DNA of 64,000 bases from a bacterium (GTDB lineage: Bacteria > SZUA-182 > DTGQ01): the NCBI GenBank assembly GCA_023512255.1, contig JAILZY010000008.1:3508-67507 (forward strand). The letters are read 5' to 3'. Numbering within the stretch: position 1 is the stretch's first letter; each line of letters starts with the position of its first letter. Below, in pieces: positions 56,322 to 64,000 of this stretch. Below the pieces are notes generated by a model. It saw only the letters and a list, made by a program, of their open reading frames with translations. It was not told the origin of the DNA and ran no database searches. The position numbers were made by a program, and so were the translations under genes.

Positions 56322-56984
56322 TTACCCAGCTAGTCTGTTGAGCGCCTTCTTGATTAGCTCTTCGATCGAAAGCTGCTCTCCAGCGCCAAAGATGACCTGA
56401 TTGACGGCCCGCTCGGCCTGTAGCCGGCTGTATCCCAGGCTGATCAGGGCCTCGACGGCATCGCTGGCTACCCTGTCGCTATCCGATAGCCACACCTCGG
56501 GCTGCTTAGCCTCTTCCCCTTCTGTGGTCTGCTTTTGGCCTGTCGATCCAGCAGCCGTTATGGAGTTAGCATCCTCTCTTTTTGGGAATACCTTGTCTTT
56601 TAACTCCAGAATAAGCCTTCGGGCAGTCTTATCACCGATACCAGGAACAGACCGCACTCTAGCTACATCTTGGGACAGGATGGCTAATCGCAGTTCTTCA
56701 GCAGAGATATGAGAGAGGATATTTCTGGCCAATCTAGGGCCGATCTTGCTCACCCCTAGCATCAGCTCAAAAAGCTCTTTTTCCTCAATCGAGCAGAAGC
56801 CGAATAACTGCCATGAGCTGTCACGGATCACAGTGGAAATAAACAATCTGACCTCTTTCCCCACCTCGGGCAGTTGGTAGAAGGTGGACAGGGGGATGAA
56901 CACCAGGTAGCCGACGCCGTGGATATCAATGACGATCTGCTCGCTGCTTTTGGTCTTGAGCTCTCCGTGCAGATAGGCGATCAT
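56322..56984 (-). CDS. ruvA: Holliday junction DNA-binding protein RuvA
   Basis: MIAYLHGEL...GVGY.V N-terminus; HhH motifs. Confidence 0.9.
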   Translation of the reverse strand: MIAYLHGELKTKSSEQIVIDIHGVGYLVFIPLSTFYQLPEVGKEVRLFISTVIRDSSWQLFGFCSIEEKELFELMLGVSKIGPRLARNILSHISAEELRLAILSQDVARVRSVPGIGDKTARRLILELKDKVFPKREDANSITAAGSTGQKQTTEGEEAKQPEVWLSDSDRVASDAVEALISLGYSRLQAERAVNQVIFGAGEQLSIEELIKKALNRLAG

Positions 56985-57535
56985 GGATCATAAGCCTTTT
57001 TTGATGGGTCTTTTGGTATCTTGCCCGCCTCGCCCTGGAGGGCAAGATTTGAAAGCAGCCGCCGCAGGCCCAATGAGTGGCAGTGACATACAGCGACGGC
57101 CAGAGCATCCGAGGCATCATTGTGAACTTTCAGCTCCTTGAGGTTGAGGAGGGTCTGAACCATCCGCCTGACCTGATCCTTGGTTGCCCTTCCATAGCCA
57201 ACAATAGCTTCCTTGACCTGCAAGGCAGTGTATTCATATATGGCCACTTGGCACCTTGTGGCTACATATATAGCTACTCCTCTCGCCTCACCCAGCTTCA
57301 GAGCCAGCCGTGGGCTGGTGGCTATAAAAATATCTTCGACCGCGGCTTCAGAAGGTTGATATTTTTCAATCAGCTCTTGTAGCGAATTGCCAATTTTTTT
57401 CAAACGCTCGGCAAAATTGGTTTTCGATGAAGTAGTGATAATACCAGCCTCACAGAGAGACAACTCTTGGCTTTGGCTGTCGATTACTGCATAGCCGGTA
57501 TGGGCAATACCCGGGTCAATGCCCATAATCCGCAT
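56981..57535 (-). CDS. ruvC: crossover junction endodeoxyribonuclease RuvC
   Basis: MRIMGIDPG..HTGYAV. Confidence 0.9.
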   Translation of the reverse strand: MRIMGIDPGIAHTGYAVIDSQSQELSLCEAGIITTSSKTNFAERLKKIGNSLQELIEKYQPSEAAVEDIFIATSPRLALKLGEARGVAIYVATRCQVAIYEYTALQVKEAIVGYGRATKDQVRRMVQTLLNLKELKVHNDASDALAVAVCHCHSLGLRRLLSNLALQGEAGKIPKDPSKKAYDP

Positions 57536-57600
57536 CTTTTGTCATTTCCTTGAAGCCCTAAGGGCTTTTTCAAGCTTCTCCCGCCTCATCTTGATGAGGC

Positions 57601-58350
57601 CTATTCGCCAAGCCGCTCCATGATCTCATTCGGGATGTCGAAGTTGGCAAAGACGTGCTGCACATCATCATGCTCTTCTAACTGTTCCATAAGCTTGATC
57701 ATCTGCTCGGCTGATTTGCCTTCTAGTCTAACCGTAGTTTTAGGAATCCGACTGACTTCAGCGCTCGCGATCTCAATCCCCTGCTTTTCGATCTCCTCCC
57801 GCACCGTGTGCAGATCTTCCGGCAGGGTGATGATTTCAAACACGTCGTCATTTCGCCTCATGTCTTCGGCTCCGGCATTCAAGGCGATTTCCATCAGCTT
57901 GTCTTCATCAGCCTTGTCCGCATCGACCACGATCAGGCCCTTTTTGTCAAACATCCAAGCCACACAGCCACTTTCGCCGAGGTTGCCGTTATGCTTTGAG
58001 AAAATATGGCGCATTTCCGCTACCGTACGGTTTTTGTTATCAGTCATGGTCTCAAGTATCATCGCCACTCCGCCTGGGCCATACCCCTCGTAGGTAACTT
58101 CCTCGTAAGTTACTCCGGGGAGCTCTCCGGTGCCTTTCTTAATGGCCCGGATAACGTTCTCCTGAGGCATATTCACGGCTTTGGCATTAGCAATGGCTGC
58201 CCGCAGCCGGGGATTGCCTGCCGGATCCCCGCCTCCCATTCTCGCGGCGACGGTAATTTCCTTGATGACCGCCGTAAATGCTTTGCCCTTTTTGGCATCA
58301 AGGGCAGCTTTTTTATGTTTGATTGAGCTCCATTTTGAATGTCCTGACAT
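57601..58350 (-). CDS. yebC: YebC/PmpR-family transcriptional regulator
   Basis: [17 protein letters not shown]-terminus. Confidence 0.9.
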   Translation of the reverse strand: MSGHSKWSSIKHKKAALDAKKGKAFTAVIKEITVAARMGGGDPAGNPRLRAAIANAKAVNMPQENVIRAIKKGTGELPGVTYEEVTYEGYGPGGVAMILETMTDNKNRTVAEMRHIFSKHNGNLGESGCVAWMFDKKGLIVVDADKADEDKLMEIALNAGAEDMRRNDDVFEIITLPEDLHTVREEIEKQGIEIASAEVSRIPKTTVRLEGKSAEQMIKLMEQLEEHDDVQHVFANFDIPNEIMERLGE

Positions 58351-58377
58351 CGATGATTTCTCCTCCTTAAGAAGTAG

Positions 58378-60474
58378 TTATCGCTCTTCAGTTTCTTTCT
58401 CTTTTTTGGCTTCAGCGACGATCTTATCTATAAGATGAGCGGGCACTTCATCATAGTGAGAAAACTCCATGGTAAAGCTCCCGCGGCCTCCGGTCATTGA
58501 AATAAGATCTGGGGCATATTTTAGCATTTCAGCCATAGGCACTTCCGCCCGAATGATTTGATAGCGTCCTTTGGTATCGATGCCCTGGATTCGTCCCCGC
58601 CGCGAATTAAGATCTCCCATGATATCACCCATCGACTCTTCTGGAACAACTACAGACACCTTCATGATCGGCTCAAGAAGCGTGGGCTTACATTCCATAA
58701 ATCCCTTCTTGAAGCCCATCGAGGCCGCAATCTTAAAAGCCATTTCCGAAGAGTCTACGGCGTGAAAGGAGCCGTCATAGAGAGTTACCTTGACGTCCGT
58801 AACCGGATAGCCGGCCAGTATCCCCTCTTCCATAGCTCCTAAAATTCCCTTTTCCACAGCTGGAATATACTGCTTGGGGATAACCCCTCCTACAATCTTA
58901 TCGACAAATTCAAACCCTCCGCCCTTGGGGAGAGGCTCGATTTCGAGCCAGGTATCGCCGTACTGGCCTCTTCCTCCTGACTGTCTCTTGTATTTACCCT
59001 GCACTTTAGTTGAGCCCTTGATGGTTTCCTTGTAGGGAATCTTGGGCGTTTTGAGGATGACCTCGGTCCCGAACTTTCTCTTCATTCGGTCAACGATCAC
59101 CTCGACATGGATCTGGCCCATACCGGAGATAATAAATTCCTTGGTCTGAGGATCGCGCGACACCTGCAAGGTCGGATCCTCTTCCTTCAGCCGCTGGAGC
59201 GCATTGCTGACCTTGTCCTCGTCTCCCTTGGCCTTGGGCTCAATGGCAAAAGAGATAATCGGGGAGGGAAAGACAAGGGGCGGAAAGATAATCGGGTCTT
59301 GCTCAGCGCTCAAGGTATCACCAGTAGAGGTTTCCTTCAGTTTAACGAAAGCGGCAATATCTCCTGCCTTGACTCGATCGTAGTTTTGGTGACTTTTCCC
59401 CATCAGAGCAAAGATCTGGCCGACCTTTTCCTTGCATTCTCTAGTCGTGTTATAGACGATCGAGTCTGAACTTAAAGATCCAGAAAAGACCCGAAAGAGC
59501 GTCAATTTACCTGAGTAGGGGTCTGCAATGGTTTTAAATACAAAAGCAGAAAAAGGCTCATCCTCTCTGGCCGTGCGCACAACCTCCTCTCCAGCCTTGT
59601 TCTTCCCAACCACTGGCGGCCGGTCAGCAGGAGAGGGAAGAAAGTCAACAATCATATCCATCAGAGGCTGAACCCCGATATTTTTAAGCGCTGAACCACA
59701 CAGAACCGGGCTGAATTTCATACTCTGAATCCCCTTGCGAAGGCCTGCTTGCAGCTCCTCACGACTTAGTTCCTCTCCCTCGAGGTATTTTTTCAAAAGG
59801 CTGTCATCTGCCTCAGCAATAGTTTCAATCATTTTTTGGCGAAACTCTTCTACCCGCTTCTCCTGATCCGCGGGGATAGCTACTTCCTGGTATTCACCGC
59901 TATCGTCCCCTTTATAAATGTACGCCTTCTGATTGAAAAGATCAATAATACCTGCAAAATTTTGCTCCGAGCCGATCGGAAGATGTAAAACCAAGGGATT
60001 CATCTCAAGGGCGCTGGGCAGGTCTTCTACCGTGCGGTAGAAGTCAGCTCGCTCACGGTCCAGCTTATTGATAAACACTAGGACAGGGATTTTCAATTCC
60101 CTGGCCTGCGACCAGAAATTTTCCGTCTGCACCTTTACTCCGGAAACAGCACTGATGACCAGGATGCCTCCGTCGATTACCCTCAGGGCTCCTTTGGCAT
60201 CGCCAATGAAGTTGATATCCCCAGGGATATCTATGATATTGATTTTATGTTTTTTCCACTCAGCGTAGGCCACGCTGGCATTAATGGTTAATTTCCTTGA
60301 GATTTCATCAGGCTCATAGTCCAGGTTGGATGATCCATCATCGACCTTGCCTAGTCTGTTCACCATCTTGGCATCAAAGAGCATAGCCTCGGCTAGCGAG
60401 GTTTTCCCCTCACCCCCATGAGACAGCAATCCTATGTTCCTTAACTTATCAATCTGGTATTCTTTAACACTCAT
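58378..60474 (-). CDS. elongation factor G family GTPase (EF-G paralog)
   Basis: GTPase G1-G4 motifs plus EF-G domains II-V. The G1 motif GLLSHGGEGKTS diverges from canonical EF-G. Confidence 0.75.
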   Translation of the reverse strand: MSVKEYQIDKLRNIGLLSHGGEGKTSLAEAMLFDAKMVNRLGKVDDGSSNLDYEPDEISRKLTINASVAYAEWKKHKINIIDIPGDINFIGDAKGALRVIDGGILVISAVSGVKVQTENFWSQARELKIPVLVFINKLDRERADFYRTVEDLPSALEMNPLVLHLPIGSEQNFAGIIDLFNQKAYIYKGDDSGEYQEVAIPADQEKRVEEFRQKMIETIAEADDSLLKKYLEGEELSREELQAGLRKGIQSMKFSPVLCGSALKNIGVQPLMDMIVDFLPSPADRPPVVGKNKAGEEVVRTAREDEPFSAFVFKTIADPYSGKLTLFRVFSGSLSSDSIVYNTTRECKEKVGQIFALMGKSHQNYDRVKAGDIAAFVKLKETSTGDTLSAEQDPIIFPPLVFPSPIISFAIEPKAKGDEDKVSNALQRLKEEDPTLQVSRDPQTKEFIISGMGQIHVEVIVDRMKRKFGTEVILKTPKIPYKETIKGSTKVQGKYKRQSGGRGQYGDTWLEIEPLPKGGGFEFVDKIVGGVIPKQYIPAVEKGILGAMEEGILAGYPVTDVKVTLYDGSFHAVDSSEMAFKIAASMGFKKGFMECKPTLLEPIMKVSVVVPEESMGDIMGDLNSRRGRIQGIDTKGRYQIIRAEVPMAEMLKYAPDLISMTGGRGSFTMEFSHYDEVPAHLIDKIVAEAKKEKETEER

Positions 60475-60653
60475 TGAAAAATCTCCTTAATCAAAGTGTG
60501 GATGCTCACCAACCTATGCTTTTTGGCTCATTTCCCCATAGGCCTGATTCCGCTAAGGTAACAGAAAAAAAACTTACTGTCAAGCAATGATACATTCGTT
60601 ATGACAAATACATACCAGAGTTATCCTCAAGTTTTCTCACTTGCCTAATCCTT

Positions 60654-61433
60654 TTAATTCTCCTTCCGTGAGAGCTCCTGCAATCTTTTTACCTCCAAGG
60701 GCGTAAGAAGCCGCCACTGTCCTGGCTGCAACCCTTCGAGACTCAAAAAAGCAAATCGGGTACGTTTTAATTTCAACACAGGATGGCCAAGAGCCTCAAA
60801 TATTCTCCTGACCTCTCTATTTTTCCCTTCATGGAGGACGACTGACAGCCAACTATTTTTTGAGGTAGTCTTAATTAGGGAGACAGAGTCAACCCTCAGG
60901 TGTTCCTGACCAAGATGGATACCCTCTTTTTTCAGCCGGCTGACAGCCTCTTTTTCCTCAATGATTCCCTTTACCTTGACCAGATAGCCCTTGGGAATCT
61001 CGTGGCTGGGATGAGTCAGGGCATGGGCCAATTCGCCATCATTTGTCAGGAGGATCAGCCCTTCGGTATTATAGTCCAGTCTGCCGACCGGAAAGACTCT
61101 CTGGGGCAAGGGTGGCAGGAGATTCATGATCGTAGGCCGACCTTCCTCATCATGGAGAGAGGTAATAAACCGCCGCGGTTTATAGAGTAGAATATAGACC
61201 TTGGCTATCTTCGCCGGGGGAGGAAGTCGCTTACCCTTGTAGGAGATAACATCCTTCTGAGGGTTTACTTTGGTCCCAAGCTCAGTTACCACTTTACCGT
61301 TGACCCGCACCTCACCCTCAAGAATCAGTCGCTCGCACTGCCGACGCGAGCCAAGACCAGCCTGAGCTAATACTTTCTGTAGCCTTACGGTATTGCTGAT
61401 GGGAGTCATCTTTTCTGTGCCAAGGAAGGCCAT
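60654..61433 (-). CDS. rluB: RsuA/RluB-family 23S rRNA pseudouridine synthase
   Basis: S4 domain RLQKVLAQAGLGSRR; catalytic GRLD. Confidence 0.8.
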   Translation of the reverse strand: MAFLGTEKMTPISNTVRLQKVLAQAGLGSRRQCERLILEGEVRVNGKVVTELGTKVNPQKDVISYKGKRLPPPAKIAKVYILLYKPRRFITSLHDEEGRPTIMNLLPPLPQRVFPVGRLDYNTEGLILLTNDGELAHALTHPSHEIPKGYLVKVKGIIEEKEAVSRLKKEGIHLGQEHLRVDSVSLIKTTSKNSWLSVVLHEGKNREVRRIFEALGHPVLKLKRTRFAFLSLEGLQPGQWRLLTPLEVKRLQELSRKEN

Positions 61434-61458
61434 CTCTATCCTGTGTGGGAATCTTGGC

Positions 61459-62022
61459 TCATTGCTCTTCTATAACTTGGTTGACTTCATGAAGCGGCGG
61501 CAGATCGGAAAGATCGCGCAGCCCAAAATGAGCCAGAAAATCTTCGGTGGTACAATAAAGAATAGGGCGGCCTGGGACGTTTTTCCTTCCCCCCATTTTG
61601 ATCAATCGCGCTTGCAGGAGACTTCGAATTACCCCACCACTTTCAACCCCACGGATAGCTTCAATCTCAACCTTAGTGATCGGCTGCTTGTAGGCGATGA
61701 TCGACAGGGTTTCAAGAGCTGGTTTTGAGATTTTTTTGCTTCTTGAGTGCGTGAGGAGTCTTTGAACATACTCCTCGTACTGCTTCTTGGTGCACATTTG
61801 GAACCCATTTGCAATTTCAATAACTTGAATTCCTCTCTGCTCCGCCTTATACTCCTCCATCAGCTCATACACGATGGTCCTGATCTCCCCTTCTTCCAGC
61901 TCCGGAATGACCTCTTCGATCTTTTTCACCGTCAGGGGCTTATCCTGGGTAAATAATAGGGATTCAATAATAGGTTTTGTTTTCTCTTTACTGATCATCG
62001 AATACTGCTCGATACTGCCCAA
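61459..62022 (-). CDS. scpB: segregation and condensation protein B
   Basis: Two winged-helix ScpB repeats. Confidence 0.85.
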   Translation of the reverse strand: MGSIEQYSMISKEKTKPIIESLLFTQDKPLTVKKIEEVIPELEEGEIRTIVYELMEEYKAEQRGIQVIEIANGFQMCTKKQYEEYVQRLLTHSRSKKISKPALETLSIIAYKQPITKVEIEAIRGVESGGVIRSLLQARLIKMGGRKNVPGRPILYCTTEDFLAHFGLRDLSDLPPLHEVNQVIEEQ

Positions 62023-62567
62023 TCTCCATAAAAAATTACAGAGTTATATTAACATAAAATACTAATTTGTTCAATAATCTCCCATTCCTGATGGATGTTT
62101 CACTACCGGACACTTTTTATTGTCATGCCAGCGAAAGTGATAATCCATAGTATAATTGCAGCAACCCTCTGGATTCACGCTCACGCGAGAATGACATGAA
62201 ATGCCTGCACTTAGGAAGGCATATACAAAACCGGAAGATAAAATGTGTCCGGTAGCAAGATAGATGTTTGCTATCTTTTGGGTGAGACTTCTCCATGCCG
62301 CTTTCTTCCTCATCCCCTTGATGAGGGAGGCTTTAGCGGAGGGTGAATAAAAGCCTCCCCCTTCCCATCGCCCCCTCCTTAAGAGGTGGGGAAGTGTAGG
62401 GACATCTGTGCATCCCTAAAATGGGAAAGGATTTAAGGAAATGGGAAAATAGAATTTTTGTCAGCCTCATGAGCAAAAGGGCTTAAATTATCAATAGCTT
62501 GATCAATAGATTGCGATTGCCGCGCAGAACCGGTTAGTCTCATAAGCAAGAAGTTAAAACTCTCTTT

Positions 62568-63863
62568 TCAGGCCGCTCTGCTTTTAGGTAAAGAGCGGCT
62601 TAGAGCCCGCTGGCCAATGTCTTTGCGGTAGTGCATTCCCTCAAAGCTGATTTTGGCTACCGCAGCATAGGCCCGCGAGATAGATTCGGCAATTGTCTCA
62701 CCCAGGGCGCTTACCCCAAGAACCCTTCCTCCGCTGGTCAGGAGCCTCCCCTCCTGCCGAGTGGTTCCCGCATGAAAGAGAACCACTCCATCTACCCTGG
62801 CCGCCTCTTCTAGCCCTATGATTTCTTTCCCGCTCTGATAGGAGTCAGGATAGCCTGCCGAGGCCAGGACTACACAGGTTGAGGCCTCCTGCCGCCAGTC
62901 TAGGCGCACCTCATGGAGTCTGGTTTGAAGCACCTTTTGAATCACCAATACCAAGTCAGTCTCAAGCCGCCTGATAATAGTCTGGGTTTCAGGATCGCCA
63001 AATCGGGCGTTAAATTCAAGGAGCATGGGTTCATTGTCCTGAATCATTAAGCCCGCATAGAGGACCCCGCGATAAGTGATCCCAAGCCGAGCCAGCCCCT
63101 CAATTGCCGGCGCCATGATCTTGGTCATGATTTTCTGCTGCATCTGCTCAGAAATGACCGGTGCCGGAGAGTAGGCCCCCATACCCCCAGTATTCGGCCC
63201 CCGATCGCCATCATAGACGGTCTTATGGTCTTGGGAAGAGGCCAGGGGAATAATTGATTGCCCATCAGTAAAGGCAAGAAAAGAAGCCTCTTCTCCAGAT
63301 AGGTACTCTTCGATGATAATCTGCTTCCCTGCCTGCCCAAAGACCTGCTTGACCATGATAAGTTCAATGGCTTTTAGAGCCTCCTCGGGCTGCTGACAAA
63401 TCACTACTCCTTTGCCAGCCGCAAGGCCATCGGCTTTGATTACCAAAGGCCGCCCAATGTGCCGTACATACTCTTTGGCTTTTTGGGGATCGGAAAATAC
63501 CTCATAGGAGGCCGTAGGAATATTATTTTCCTTCATCAGCCTCTTAGCAAAAACCTTACTTGATTCAATGGCCACTGCCTCACGGCATGGACCAAAGACA
63601 GCCAATCCCTGAGCTTCAAACTCATCAACAATTCCGAGGGAAAGAGGCAATTCCGGGCCGACAATAGTCAGATCAATTCCCTTTTCCCTGGCCAGCCTGC
63701 TCAGTCCAGCGATATCGGATACCTGAAGCGGGATACATTCGGCGATCTCCGCTATGCCTGCATTGCCCGGTGCGGCATAGATTGCTGACACTTCCCTGTT
63801 TTGATGAATTTTCCAGGCCAGGGCATGTTCCCTGCCTCCTCCTCCCACTATTAATATCTTCAT
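62568..63863 (-). CDS. purD: phosphoribosylamine-glycine ligase
   Basis: MKILIVGGGGREHALAWK N-terminus; ATP-grasp fold. Confidence 0.9.
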   Translation of the reverse strand: MKILIVGGGGREHALAWKIHQNREVSAIYAAPGNAGIAEIAECIPLQVSDIAGLSRLAREKGIDLTIVGPELPLSLGIVDEFEAQGLAVFGPCREAVAIESSKVFAKRLMKENNIPTASYEVFSDPQKAKEYVRHIGRPLVIKADGLAAGKGVVICQQPEEALKAIELIMVKQVFGQAGKQIIIEEYLSGEEASFLAFTDGQSIIPLASSQDHKTVYDGDRGPNTGGMGAYSPAPVISEQMQQKIMTKIMAPAIEGLARLGITYRGVLYAGLMIQDNEPMLLEFNARFGDPETQTIIRRLETDLVLVIQKVLQTRLHEVRLDWRQEASTCVVLASAGYPDSYQSGKEIIGLEEAARVDGVVLFHAGTTRQEGRLLTSGGRVLGVSALGETIAESISRAYAAVAKISFEGMHYRKDIGQRALSRSLPKSRAA

Positions 63864-64000
63864 AAGGCCCTCACAAATCTCCTTGTTTGTCTTTATTTTT
63901 GTCTTTACTACTGTGGCATTATTGTTGCTATTGTGCTTGTCTTTACTACTATGGATGCTATACTACTATGGATGCTATGGCATTATTGATGGATGCTATG

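Noticed and set aside
62071-62313. 80-aa minus-strand ORF in the scpB-purD spacer
   Set aside because: No recognisable domain and atypical Cys/His/Trp-rich composition. The spacer instead contains a GGAGGCTTT...AAAGCCTCC hairpin and is probably noncoding.

Overview
A 64 kb bacterial chromosomal segment of moderate GC content, gene-dense, with most genes on the minus strand after the first 3.6 kb. Content in order: a conserved yicC-remA-gmk-rpoZ-coaBC block; a histidine kinase plus two response regulators; an unusual cytochrome b + rnfC + rnfD operon with no rnfGEAB; a secreted alpha/beta hydrolase; thiL; a purine nucleoside phosphorylase-family gene followed by two tandem MtaD-like deaminases (methylthioadenosine salvage variant); an IS1595-family insertion sequence with a frameshifted transposase; and next to it a ~11 kb accessory defense island (18.4-29.3 kb) that resembles BREX type 3 (HTH, BrxF-like P-loop, fragmented PglX-like methyltransferase, GxxExxY protein, SNF2 helicase, PglZ, BrxA-like) but lacks brxC. 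The island is peppered with heptanucleotide-based palindromic repeat elements inserted in-frame into coding sequences. The most unusual item is a complete IS200/IS605-type Y1 HUH transposase domain embedded in-frame inside the methyltransferase gene; this gene is additionally split by an in-frame TAG that bisects a zinc ribbon. Downstream: a NifX-like gene, a sigma-54 activator, a patatin-like phospholipase, a TPR protein, a GAF/PAS histidine kinase, a complete type IV pilus cluster (pilQ-P-O-N-M, minor pilins, pilA, pilC, pilB) preceded by a STAS / HD-GYP / receiver / kinase regulatory module, a CPBP protease, ruvCAB + yebC, an EF-G paralog, rluB, scpB and purD. No rRNA or tRNA genes were recognised by eye.
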